Position numbers and translations under genes: made by a program. A stretch of DNA of 64,000 bases from a virus. Its lineage: Duplodnaviria > Caudoviricetes. The stretch lies in IMG/VR virus record IMGVR_UViG_3300003937_000325, one strand, 5' to 3'. Shown piece after piece: positions 49,060 to 58,722 of this stretch; the stretch's first letter is position 1, and each line of letters opens with the position of its first letter. The notes under the pieces are model-generated. The model saw nothing but the letters and a program-made list of their open reading frames with translations. It had not been told where the DNA came from and ran no database searches.

Positions 49060-51859
49060 TATTCATATTTTTATTAACGTATTCCATATCCACTAATTTA
49101 GTTGTATTCTCAAGATACATGTAATATGGGTTTATGTTAACGTCATCCCAAAACCTAATTTCGGGGTCAGATAATGTTAATACTTCATCTAAATTATCCT
49201 GACTACCTTCTTTCATGGGGAATCCTCTAACCAACTTAGTTTGTGATTTAGTAAAAAACGGTCTATCATCTGGATTATCCACTAATATTTCACTACGAAT
49301 TTCAGGAGAAAACACTACCAACAAAGGTTCAATACGTTTATTAAATGCTGCCATATAACGAGGAATATTGTATTCACCTAATTTGTCAGGTGTTTCACTA
49401 ATATATTTATCATCAATTAAATAACAATTCAATACGATTTCTGTAGAATCTGGAGGCATTGGCTTACCATTATTTATTGCATATTCTCTCTTTTCTGCCG
49501 CAGTTGCATTCCACTTATTCTTTTTTTGAACATCACCGTGAGATTTTCGTTCACCATTATTGACATAATAGATAGTATCACCTAATCCCACATTTAAGTT
49601 ATGTTTTATAGCTAATTCCATATGTGCCTGTCGAGACATTAAAGACCCTGATTTGGTTCGTTTTTTTACGTGTAATTTATAATCACTTATACTTTGTTTA
49701 ACACGAGATTTATTGGCGATTTTAGAAATCGGTATCTCCAAGTTATAAATTTTATTTACATACTCATAATAAAAGTCTAAAAACTCATGACCTTTACCGT
49801 CCAATAATAGACGTAACCCTTGGTCCAAAAACTCTGCGACATACGTTTGAAGCTTTTTAGATTTAATACTATTACCTGTTAATTTAACCTTACCTGTATC
49901 AGTGAGTAGTGCGTAGTTTTTACGTGCAACATTTATAGTAGACGGCCATACACCGTCAGTATCTAACCCCATTTCACCTCTCATGAAAATATCATTATAC
50001 TCCGCTACGTCCGCCTCAGTACCAATATACTCTTTACCTTCTTCAACCAACCCGTTTAATCCTTTACCGATATATGTGTGTTTTTCACGTTCAGGTGGAG
50101 ATGAAAAGTTTACACCATCCGTATCCATCACTAATGGTTTGTAACCTCTCTTCATAAACCACATTATCATTTGTCTAAGATATTGTCTACCCGTACAGGT
50201 AATTTGTTCTCCCATATCCATATCACCCCACGGAAATACGTGTGGAGCGGATAATGACCCGAAAAATGCGTTAATGAATATTTTAATTGGTAATTGTTTA
50301 CGATTATACTTTTTAGATTGTTCTGGGTCTGAAACGTATAAATCTGAAGCCAATTTTTTATAAGTGATACGAGTATCTCTAAAATACTTTAACATACTCT
50401 TCATGGCTCCCGTTACATCACATTTAGGGAAGATATCATGAACTAACTGTATCGATGGGTATAGTGATGAGTAATCGAGTTTTAAAACGTCTGTAGAGTA
50501 CCCTACTGCCATCAATCTTGACAATCCACCTGTAAATGGTCGTTTTTCACCTTTCTTAGGAATTGCTAAGTTATGTTTATATGACCAAGCGGCCATAATC
50601 ATTTTCCATAATGTTGCGGTACCCATTGTTGATAGCCTCTCATATGTGGTAGGTACTAATTTAGATAGAAGGAAGTTTGCTTGATTAAACTCCTCGTCTA
50701 CAACCATAGTCTCCCATATATCATCATAGAGATACCTTTCAATAATGTAGTTCCCATTTACCTTTTCATAGTGTCCTGGAAATCTTTCCATTAGGTTTTC
50801 AGTACCTATTGAACCAACTTCTTTGTAACCACCTGTCTTTGGGTTGAAATAATAATCTTTGTTGTCAAAATAAATTTTACCAATTTTATCTCCTTCAACA
50901 TAAACACGGTTTTCTTTTTCCGCCCCAATAAATTGAGTTATGTATTTAAGACCCCAACTTTTAATGTCTGAGTTAATTGCTTGTGTTCTTCTAACTGCAT
51001 GTGCGATATCAATGATATTGTAACCCCACATCATTGTTTGAGTGTATGGTTCCATTTCATTCGCTAACTTCAACATACCCTCCTTCTGTCTTAACTTTTG
51101 TTTGGGATTTAATGTTTTAGATATTTTTTTGACATCTAACCCTAATATTTCCGCTCTACGAAGAATAAAAGGAAAATCGAAAAAGGCTGAGTTATAACCA
51201 CCAATCAAGGTCGGTTTTATACTTGCGATTGTATCAAAAAATTCAATAATAACTTTACGTTCCTCTTCATCGTTTTCACAAGCGATAACCTTTTCGAAAC
51301 CTTTATTATCTTTCATCCCTATAAGGAATATTTTACTATCCTCAGGAGATAGTCCTGTAGTCTCAATATCAAATACAAAACGATGTACCTCATCGTATTC
51401 ATCGAAACCTTTAAAAAGTCTTTTATTTTTTTGTATTAAATATTGTTCGGCAGGTGCTAGAATCATTATGTAGTCTGAATTACCACGACCCCATGGGTCT
51501 AATCCACCACCTTTAAAAAAGTTTACTAAATTACTATATGATTTAGTTGTCTTAACTAAATACTTTAAACCCTGTTCCATTCGGGTATCATTATGAGTAT
51601 CTAATGTCTCAATAATTATTCCATGTGTAGACATAGCTTGTTTTTGAGCTGCCTTAGAACCGCCATAAAAGTTGAGTCCTTGTAGGTTACCTACCCATGC
51701 AAATGGAATAAATGTGTCTGATTTTATTGATTTACCCTGTATTGGGTCTTGAATTACTTTGAATATTTTTCCTGACGCGTAATCATATTCTAACGCTACA
51801 ATATATTTTTCAGGGTCCTCTCCATTGAGGAACGTTTCAATTTGTTCTTGTGATACCAT
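49028..51859 (-). CDS. polB: Family B DNA polymerase with a proofreading exonuclease
   Basis: ExoI DIETTG, ExoII GYNSAFFD, ExoIII YLYDD; motif A DYSSLYPS, motif B KIFINAFFG, motif C DTDG. Confidence 0.96.
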   Translation of the reverse strand: MVSQEQIETFLNGEDPEKYIVALEYDYASGKIFKVIQDPIQGKSIKSDTFIPFAWVGNLQGLNFYGGSKAAQKQAMSTHGIIIETLDTHNDTRMEQGLKYLVKTTKSYSNLVNFFKGGGLDPWGRGNSDYIMILAPAEQYLIQKNKRLFKGFDEYDEVHRFVFDIETTGLSPEDSKIFLIGMKDNKGFEKVIACENDEEERKVIIEFFDTIASIKPTLIGGYNSAFFDFPFILRRAEILGLDVKKISKTLNPKQKLRQKEGMLKLANEMEPYTQTMMWGYNIIDIAHAVRRTQAINSDIKSWGLKYITQFIGAEKENRVYVEGDKIGKIYFDNKDYYFNPKTGGYKEVGSIGTENLMERFPGHYEKVNGNYIIERYLYDDIWETMVVDEEFNQANFLLSKLVPTTYERLSTMGTATLWKMIMAAWSYKHNLAIPKKGEKRPFTGGLSRLMAVGYSTDVLKLDYSSLYPSIQLVHDIFPKCDVTGAMKSMLKYFRDTRITYKKLASDLYVSDPEQSKKYNRKQLPIKIFINAFFGSLSAPHVFPWGDMDMGEQITCTGRQYLRQMIMWFMKRGYKPLVMDTDGVNFSSPPEREKHTYIGKGLNGLVEEGKEYIGTEADVAEYNDIFMRGEMGLDTDGVWPSTINVARKNYALLTDTGKVKLTGNSIKSKKLQTYVAEFLDQGLRLLLDGKGHEFLDFYYEYVNKIYNLEIPISKIANKSRVKQSISDYKLHVKKRTKSGSLMSRQAHMELAIKHNLNVGLGDTIYYVNNGERKSHGDVQKKNKWNATAAEKREYAINNGKPMPPDSTEIVLNCYLIDDKYISETPDKLGEYNIPRYMAAFNKRIEPLLVVFSPEIRSEILVDNPDDRPFFTKSQTKLVRGFPMKEGSQDNLDEVLTLSDPEIRFWDDVNINPYYMYLENTTKLVDMEYVNKNMNIMNSLDHQKT

Positions 51860-51931
51860 ATTATTTGTTTTTTCGTTTGAGACATTTTACTCACATCGTA
51901 TTGATGTGATTACTCTTTAACACTTAAACAA

Positions 51932-51960
51932 ATTATAGGTAATGATTATAGAATTGTCAA
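51932..51960 (-). promoter_or_regulatory. Consensus sigma70 promoter of the DNA polymerase gene
   Basis: Perfect TTGACA-17 nt-TATAAT. Confidence 0.85.
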
Positions 51961-51961
51961 A

Positions 51962-52417
51962 CTATTTTGTGTTTCTTTCTTGCCATTCGTAAGATACTGA
52001 ATCTTCATCTATCGGACCACCTTTAGCCCAAGTATAACAAGTTCTAGCTGAGTGACATTTGAAGTTGTGCATCCAACAGTAACCTAAACGACCATCATCA
52101 TCTGATGTAACTCCAGGCATACATTCATCCATTCGTTTTGATATGTCAAATGCAACACAATTACCACATAAAGATTTTTTAGCTGCCTCTTCAGTAGTAT
52201 CCCAATGTTTCGATAAGTCTTGCCAATAATCACCAGGTTCATCTACATTTAATGGTCCATATTTTATATGTTCTGACTTTATAGATGAGTCTCGATTTTT
52301 CGTATTTAATTCTAAATCTTGAGTGGCTTTTGGACAGTCCATTTCTGATTCGCCTAATAATCTACGATTTAATCTTTCGATTACTAAATTTTTTTGCCTC
52401 CTTATACTATTACTCAT
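51962..52417 (-). CDS. Cys/His-rich hypothetical protein (151 aa)
   Basis: CGNC...C...C..H.F.C....C pattern suggests metal binding. Confidence 0.8.
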   Translation of the reverse strand: MSNSIRRQKNLVIERLNRRLLGESEMDCPKATQDLELNTKNRDSSIKSEHIKYGPLNVDEPGDYWQDLSKHWDTTEEAAKKSLCGNCVAFDISKRMDECMPGVTSDDDGRLGYCWMHNFKCHSARTCYTWAKGGPIDEDSVSYEWQERNTK

Positions 52418-52448
52418 AGATTATAATAAGTTAATTTATTTTACCATT

Positions 52449-54224
52449 TTAGTCACATGGTATTATGCTTGTAACCATTCCATTAGTTACAATAAGTATA
52501 TCAGTACTACCATCAACAGCTATACGACCGTTATCGAACGGGAATTCACCATTAGGGTCTGTAAATATTGGGTTATTTTGTGCTGGAGTAGTATTAGTCT
52601 CGTCTTTAAATTTAGCGAAGTAATACGTTTCAGTTTTAACCGCCGCACATTGTGTTACTCCTGATGCACCTATAAATGAAGGTAACGCCGCAGGACATGA
52701 AATATCCATATCCCATACTGTATTACTATAAAATCCAATACTTTCTAGTCTTAGGTCAGATGCAAGAGTATTTGTTTTCGGTATCACCATAAGGTTCCAT
52801 GTTCTTGGGTCACCAGCATCAGTACCTGTGTTCGCCACATAATCCCCATTTTGGAATGTTGCGTTGGCAGTACCGTTTACTACCCAAGCTTCGTTAGCAT
52901 CTAAATAATATTGGGTTAATTCATATGATACTCCCGCAGTAATACTTGTAGGTGCCTCGGTTGGTGAACTTGTTCCAACATATGTGAAGTTTCCGGTACC
53001 TGGACTTGTTGACTTGACTGGGTTTGTTACTGCAAGATTTGGACTAAACAATGTATTGTAGGTTGCTAAGTTATGACGTACTCTAATACCATCTGGAATT
53101 GAACGAGGCCCGAAATAAATAACAACCGCACCTGTGTCAGTACCAACACTAAAGTCAACAAGATACTTACCTTGTGTACCTATAGGTATACTTGGGGCTC
53201 TATTACACGGTTGTAAAGGTATTGCTGGCTCAGTTGGTGTCGGAGTTGGTGTTGAAGTACTAGTTGGTGTCGGGCTGACATCTCCACCTCCACCTGTTGT
53301 TGGTGTTGGAGTCGGAGTCGTAGTATTAGTTGGTGTTGGAGTCACATTTTTATCATCTGTAGTTGGTGTCGGAGTTGGTGTTGAAGTACTAGTTGGTGTT
53401 GGGCTGACATCTCCACCCCCACCTGTAGTTGGTGTCGGAGTTGGTGTTGAAGTACTAGTTGGTGTTGGGCTGACATCTCCACCTCCACCTGTTGTCGGTG
53501 TTGGTGTTGGGGTTGAGGTATTAGTTGGTGTCGGGCTTGGAGCTATATCACATATACAATTTCCATTTGTATTTGCTGACCCACCACATGATGGACTATT
53601 GTTTATTACACTCAGAGCACAAATTGTTTTTGAATCGTATCGGTCGAGTATGATTTGTGTAGTTATACCCTCACAATCTACTACTGTAAATGTTGTACCA
53701 GATTCACATTCCATACCTCCATATAAGGACCACGTATTACAACATGGATTCGTTGGTGTTGGTGTCGGGGTTGATGTGTTAGTTGGGGTATTAGTTGGAG
53801 TAGACGTGGGAGGAAGACCTGTTGTTACTGTCGGTGTCGGTGTTACAGTATTAGTTGGCGTATTTGTCGGTGTTACAGTATTAGTTGGAGTATTTGTCGG
53901 TGTTACAGTATTAGTTGGCGTATTTGTTGGGGTAGACGTGGGAGGAAGTCCTGCCGTTACTGTTGGTGTTGGTGTTTGAGTTGGCGTACTAGTGGGTGTT
54001 GGGGTGACAAAAGATACTGTTGCAATAACATCACACGGAGAATCACTTGCACATATATATACGTTATGAGTATCAACATCAACAAATGAATACCCATCAA
54101 TTAATTGTTGTCTAGTTACCGTAGCAATTAGATTTCCAGCATCTATTGAGGTATGATAAATATTAATCACCGAGATATTTGTCCCGACCGTTAATCCTGT
54201 TAATGTTACTGTTCTATTCGCCAT
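52449..54224 (-). CDS. Pro/Thr-repeat (mucin-like) putative virion fibre or decoration protein (591 aa)
   Basis: Two PT-rich tracts separate small Cys-containing domains and a C-terminal beta domain. TATTTAT lies 8 nt upstream. Confidence 0.8.
   Translation of the reverse strand: MANRTVTLTGLTVGTNISVINIYHTSIDAGNLIATVTRQQLIDGYSFVDVDTHNVYICASDSPCDVIATVSFVTPTPTSTPTQTPTPTVTAGLPPTSTPTNTPTNTVTPTNTPTNTVTPTNTPTNTVTPTPTVTTGLPPTSTPTNTPTNTSTPTPTPTNPCCNTWSLYGGMECESGTTFTVVDCEGITTQIILDRYDSKTICALSVINNSPSCGGSANTNGNCICDIAPSPTPTNTSTPTPTPTTGGGGDVSPTPTSTSTPTPTPTTGGGGDVSPTPTSTSTPTPTPTTDDKNVTPTPTNTTTPTPTPTTGGGGDVSPTPTSTSTPTPTPTEPAIPLQPCNRAPSIPIGTQGKYLVDFSVGTDTGAVVIYFGPRSIPDGIRVRHNLATYNTLFSPNLAVTNPVKSTSPGTGNFTYVGTSSPTEAPTSITAGVSYELTQYYLDANEAWVVNGTANATFQNGDYVANTGTDAGDPRTWNLMVIPKTNTLASDLRLESIGFYSNTVWDMDISCPAALPSFIGASGVTQCAAVKTETYYFAKFKDETNTTPAQNNPIFTDPNGEFPFDNGRIAVDGSTDILIVTNGMVTSIIPCD
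53230..53535 (-). repeat. Coding tandem repeat, about 66-bp unit (SPTPTSTSTPTPTPTTGGGGDV), three near-identical copies plus one variant
   Basis: Visible in both the DNA (gttggtgttgaagtactagttggtgt...) and the protein. Confidence 0.9.
53750..54005 (-). repeat. Coding tandem repeat, 30-bp unit (TPTNTPTNTV), with a duplicated GLPPTSTPTNT
   Basis: gttacagtattagttgg occurs three times at 30-bp spacing. Confidence 0.9.
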
Positions 54225-54318
54225 CTTAAATTATAAATATAGTTGATTTTATTATTCTTGTCATATTATTATAAATATATCCACTTTTAGTAATCTTATT
54301 ATATTTTTATTTACCTTT

Positions 54319-54672
54319 TTAAATTATATTAATATACAAATTTTCTCTTATTGGAGCAATTAACTTACCCATTGAGTTATGTATATGGAACTCACCAATG
54401 AACCTACCTTTAGTGTTCGTATCCTTTTTACGCCACTTATAATAAATATAATATTCATAAGGAGCATCGGGGTTATTTTGTATTTTTTCAGTTATATACG
54501 CATTTTCCATTAAAATTTTAGGAATACCATTCGATTCATTTTTCATCGAAAATCTAATTGTTGCGGTATCTAAATCCGTATCAAATATTTTATATGCGTC
54601 TGTTCGCCCATCTCTGACGACCTGCATTTTCAATATTGGTAACTCACTATTTTGTCTTATAAAAAATTCCAT
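54319..54672 (-). CDS. BppU-N-like / Ig-like structural protein (117 aa), intact paralog of 56405..56596
   Basis: MEFFIRQNSELPILKMQVVRDGR...YYKW...DTNTKGRFIGEF...LYINI. Confidence 0.7.
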   Translation of the reverse strand: MEFFIRQNSELPILKMQVVRDGRTDAYKIFDTDLDTATIRFSMKNESNGIPKILMENAYITEKIQNNPDAPYEYYIYYKWRKKDTNTKGRFIGEFHIHNSMGKLIAPIRENLYINII

Positions 54673-54705
54673 ACTATCAATAAATAGTTTTTATATTTAA
54701 TTAGG

Positions 54706-56436
54706 TTATTGATTACTTCCGTAACATTCCATACTAATCTCATTAGATGTTATTTTATACTCATAACACTCACTACTACCTGATGGTAAGTTACTAACTA
54801 AAACATATAATGGAAAGTCGTTATATGTTAATCCGGTACCGTAAATTTCCCATGGACCACCAACACAGTCTCTAAACTGTACAGTAAAGGTAAATGAAGG
54901 GGAAGACATATTGGACTCAATAGATAACTCACAATATGGTTCTTCAGGAGTATCTTGACATATCATATGTTGACCATACGTGGACGCGTAACTATATCCA
55001 TCTGCAATTCTTTCAGGTCTAAATTCAAGATTAATAAAAGTAATTCCAAAATTAGCACAATATGACATAATAGTATGACAATCAGAATTTGGTATGTTAC
55101 AAGGAAAGTTTGGGCAATCAGAAATATATGTACCATCGAATGTACCTAAAGGAATGGTCCATGTACCATAGTCCCATGTGTGGAATCCAAGAACAGCATG
55201 ACCCACTTCATGAGCATGTAAAAAATTATCAAATAAATTACCTGTAACTCCCGACATAACATAAGGTAAGTCTACGTTAACATTATATGCAACTGCAACA
55301 TTATTAATTGTATTATCAATATCAGGATAATAAATTCCTAAGAAATTAGATATCCCTTGTAACCCCGTATTATTAAAACTTCTTCGATTTATCTGATAAA
55401 TGAAGTTATAGTCAATACCCGGTAATAAAGTATTATGGTTATTTTTATAATAAGTACCAATAGTATCTCGATATTGTACTTCATTAGGATTTCCCGCAAC
55501 ATTCCATGGTTCTGAGGTTTGAGTAGTCCATTCTACGATACCTTTAACTTTAAAAGTGAAATCACCATTAAAACTTGGTTCATAGAAGGCATTAAGGAAT
55601 AAATTCATCGATTCAATATAAAGTTGTGAATTACCACCATTTTGCTGTATTCTATTATATGAATTAAACGGTAAATCATATATCATATCGACACAATAAT
55701 ATTGTGACCCACTTAAGGACTGTGACATTACCGACTCTCTGAATTGATTAATTTCTCTTTCTTTAGGGTTTACAGTACTACCACAATTAAAATTAGGACC
55801 TTCGATAAATGATTTAAACGCAGTATAAAGTTTATCTGTCGTTTCAGTTAATAAAACTGTAGTACTATTCTTTTCGTATAAACAATAAACCGTAGTTTCA
55901 CTAATACCTAAACTACCAATACTCTTATTACCGTCTTTAATTCGATAAGTTCTAAGTATTGGGCTAACTGACTCTATTATAGAATTTTCACCCTGACTTG
56001 ACAATGTTATTTCAGGATTAGAATACTCAGTTTTTTCTAATCTCATTATCGCCATAGTTCCATCCCAATTAGGAATTGCCATTTCAAAGGACTCGTAATT
56101 ATTATCGTAGATATTTTTTAGAGTTTCTGAATTGTAAGTAAATTCTGATAGGTTTTCACCTGTAGAATTAAATGTAAATAAACCTATAGGTGTATCACCT
56201 GAGTTAGTAAATTCACAATTTAACTCACAACTTAACGAATAATTAGGTGTTTGAGATATTGTGGGGGTGGGGGTAGGGGTAATACTTGAAGGTGATGGTG
56301 TAGGGGGTATCGGTGTATTAGACGGTGTAGGGGGTATTCCTCCTCCAGATGAGCCTCCTCCAGATGAACCTCCACCATACGGTTTACAACATAGTTCAGG
56401 CTTGCTAATTGAATCTGATAACTGAGGCAGGTTTAT
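54706..56436 (-). CDS. Zinc metalloprotease (metzincin, reprolysin/M12B-like) with an N-terminal Gly/Pro/Thr linker; the reading frame extends 118 codons upstream of the tracked ATG at 56082
   Basis: HEVGHAVLGFH zinc motif plus an IMSY Met-turn. The frame was checked open from 56436 to the stop at 54706, with no ATG before 56082. Confidence 0.75.
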   Translation of the reverse strand: MNLPQLSDSISKPELCCKPYGGGSSGGGSSGGGIPPTPSNTPIPPTPSPSSITPTPTPTISQTPNYSLSCELNCEFTNSGDTPIGLFTFNSTGENLSEFTYNSETLKNIYDNNYESFEMAIPNWDGTMAIMRLEKTEYSNPEITLSSQGENSIIESVSPILRTYRIKDGNKSIGSLGISETTVYCLYEKNSTTVLLTETTDKLYTAFKSFIEGPNFNCGSTVNPKEREINQFRESVMSQSLSGSQYYCVDMIYDLPFNSYNRIQQNGGNSQLYIESMNLFLNAFYEPSFNGDFTFKVKGIVEWTTQTSEPWNVAGNPNEVQYRDTIGTYYKNNHNTLLPGIDYNFIYQINRRSFNNTGLQGISNFLGIYYPDIDNTINNVAVAYNVNVDLPYVMSGVTGNLFDNFLHAHEVGHAVLGFHTWDYGTWTIPLGTFDGTYISDCPNFPCNIPNSDCHTIMSYCANFGITFINLEFRPERIADGYSYASTYGQHMICQDTPEEPYCELSIESNMSSPSFTFTVQFRDCVGGPWEIYGTGLTYNDFPLYVLVSNLPSGSSECYEYKITSNEISMECYGSNQ

Positions 56437-56596
56437 TCATAATGTAATAAACATTAGTTTCTTCATTCCACATACTAAAAGTGATAGTCGAGTCTTTAGT
56501 TAAGTTATCAAACTCTCTAAAGTCAACTCTACCATCTTTTACTATTTGTACCTTTATAATAGGTAACGTACTATTTTTTCTTATAAAAAATTCCAT
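56405..56596 (-). pseudogene. Truncated or frameshifted BppU-like N-terminal module, probably the true start of the metalloprotease gene
   Basis: Aligns with only the first half of the 117-aa paralog and then stops at TAG. Overlaps by about 30 nt with the open +1 frame leading into the protease. Confidence 0.6.
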
Positions 56597-58707
56597 TATG
56601 TTATTACGTTAAAGTTAGGGTTACAATCTGTTTCGGATATATCAAAACCGAAATCACAAGTTATTTCATCAGTTACAAAATCAAAATCACATACTGCCTC
56701 TTCCGCATCAAAATCAAAGTAACATCCCAATAAACAAGGGAAACAGTTACTACACCAAAAGTCATATAAATTATATCTACCTTTTAGTTCTCTATAATTA
56801 TGTTGAACTTGCGGAGTTGATAATGGTTCGGTATACATCCTAAACTGAGATATCCCACCCATAAAAGTTCCCCCAAAATTAGGTTCAAGTAAGATATCAG
56901 TGGTTAAACCAGATAATGAAGTACCCGATAAAGTTTGGTTTGGCATCGATTCTGGGTCCTGTATATACTTTCCTTCTGTGGCGGTACATGCGCTAAACAT
57001 TAAACTCTCTCTAAGTCCTTGGGTACCTCCGCCCCAACTTACATTAAATGGTACTCCAAGTTGTTTTTCTTTTTGAGTATTTAATTCACGAGGTATAATT
57101 TCTTCAAAATCCTCAATAACCATAAATAGGTAACCATTAACATATAATTTTAATAACCCTCTTCTTCTGTCTTTATTACGTAACCATTTTCTATTTAATT
57201 CAATTAAACTTTCCTTTTTCTCTTTTTTACTACCTATATGTGTTTGTGGTGGCATTATTAAATTGTACGCGGCACCATTTATTGCTGACGGGTAAACCAC
57301 ATCTCTTATATCACCTAAACCTCCCCAATTAATTAAATCACAGTCCTCTAATGTTTGATACCTCTCAAATACGGCAGAAAACATTACCCATCTTTCTTCA
57401 GTATTAGCAGTTAAACAAACTAATGAGTCGTACCCACAATCATCATATATTCCCCTAACTGAACAAATCTCATTAATACAATAACCTGAAGAATATGTTA
57501 ATCCTGTTGTTCCACAGCTACCTGTTGTAACACAGTCACCTGTTAATTTAATGTATTTAACACATAAGTGTGGGTTTTTAGGGTCCCCCGATAATCTTAT
57601 TGACATTGCATTTGAAAGTGCATCAACCCCTGGGTCCACCGGTGGGTTAACTATTGTAGTATCATATGCTCCGCAAGGTCCCGTATTATGTTTAACTGTG
57701 GTACCTGTAGTTGGAAAAACTTTAAAACAATCTGAATTGGTTACTCCTGTGTCGGCACAAGCACATGTTCTTATACAATCATCTAATCCGGTGGTAACTC
57801 TTTTATATGTCCATTCTGTACTACTTTTACCTGAGGTATCAACATTAAACCCGCAATTATAGTTATAACAACCTAAACCGTCTGAACCTTGATTACCTCT
57901 TTTAGATTCTACTTTACCTGAAGCAGGGTGGTAATATTTATTTTCAGCCCTCGTACCAAAATAAAAGAACATACCCGCATTTTCAGGGTAGACATCATTT
58001 AAATAAACTTCAGAAGGTTGTATATTAAATTCTTCTCTTTGCCTTGGTTTAATCACAGTCTCCATAGTCCATCCTTTATTTACTCTTTCAGGAAAAACTT
58101 CGTAATCATAACCAAATAATTTATAAAAACCTTGATAAAATCCTCCGTATAACTCATTATAGTAACCTATCGAATCAAAATTATTTTTAGATACTATATT
58201 ATAAATTGTTTTTGAATTACCCGAAAACCTATGGTTTGGATAATCGGCATATGAAGTTACTGGATGAAATTTCATTCTACGGTCATAGTAATGTGGGTTC
58301 CATTTTTCAAAATCATTAATACCCATTGTAAATGTTATGGTTTCACCTGTCATTTTATCATATAACCCGTTATCGGTTGCAACCAAACCTATATCACACA
58401 AAGTAGTCGCCGATTCACAGAATAAATCAACATTTTTAGGGTTATAATAATTTTCAGACACTAAAGTATTTCCGGTATAATTAACATTCCACAACAATTT
58501 CATTTTTTGGTTAGATATATTTGATGATAAATCAATATACACGGGTAACCTATCTCCATCGTCTTCCGCAATAAGTTTTTTAGAAAATACTACCTCCTCA
58601 TCATAATCTCTTTCATCTGAAGCGATTGTAAGGTCAAAGTAACTACTACTATCTAAACGGATATCGTATCGATTAAAATTATAATTATTAATATTCTGAC
58701 TTGCCAT
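56596..58707 (-). CDS. Putative virion protein with a LamG/concanavalin-like fold (703 aa)
   Basis: GWTMETVIK, LKLYVNG, FMGGISQFRMYTEPLSTPQVQHNY laminin-G-type ending. Cys-rich. Confidence 0.7.
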   Translation of the reverse strand: MASQNINNYNFNRYDIRLDSSSYFDLTIASDERDYDEEVVFSKKLIAEDDGDRLPVYIDLSSNISNQKMKLLWNVNYTGNTLVSENYYNPKNVDLFCESATTLCDIGLVATDNGLYDKMTGETITFTMGINDFEKWNPHYYDRRMKFHPVTSYADYPNHRFSGNSKTIYNIVSKNNFDSIGYYNELYGGFYQGFYKLFGYDYEVFPERVNKGWTMETVIKPRQREEFNIQPSEVYLNDVYPENAGMFFYFGTRAENKYYHPASGKVESKRGNQGSDGLGCYNYNCGFNVDTSGKSSTEWTYKRVTTGLDDCIRTCACADTGVTNSDCFKVFPTTGTTVKHNTGPCGAYDTTIVNPPVDPGVDALSNAMSIRLSGDPKNPHLCVKYIKLTGDCVTTGSCGTTGLTYSSGYCINEICSVRGIYDDCGYDSLVCLTANTEERWVMFSAVFERYQTLEDCDLINWGGLGDIRDVVYPSAINGAAYNLIMPPQTHIGSKKEKKESLIELNRKWLRNKDRRRGLLKLYVNGYLFMVIEDFEEIIPRELNTQKEKQLGVPFNVSWGGGTQGLRESLMFSACTATEGKYIQDPESMPNQTLSGTSLSGLTTDILLEPNFGGTFMGGISQFRMYTEPLSTPQVQHNYRELKGRYNLYDFWCSNCFPCLLGCYFDFDAEEAVCDFDFVTDEITCDFGFDISETDCNPNFNVIT

Positions 58708-58722
58708 GAATGGTTTTTATAG

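Noticed and set aside
50250-50300. PolB motif B reads KIFINAFFG (Phe in place of the usual Tyr of NSxYG)
   Set aside because: It is a conservative change, and the motif A steric-gate Tyr and DTDG are intact. This is not enough to infer modified-base or low-fidelity synthesis.
13182-51859. Introns or inteins in the usual hosts (nrdA, nrdB, helicase, recA, polB)
   Set aside because: All are uninterrupted and of ordinary length, with no intein splice motifs or homing endonuclease seen.
53134-53979. 281-aa Val/Gly-rich plus-strand ORF
   Set aside because: It is the antisense shadow of the Pro/Thr repeat gene. ACN/CCN codons give a stop-free reverse frame, and it has no promoter or initiation context.
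53230-54005. Tandem repeats considered as a CRISPR array or DGR template
   Set aside because: The units are in-frame multiples of 3, degenerate at wobble positions and lack unique spacers. No cas or reverse transcriptase gene is in the window.
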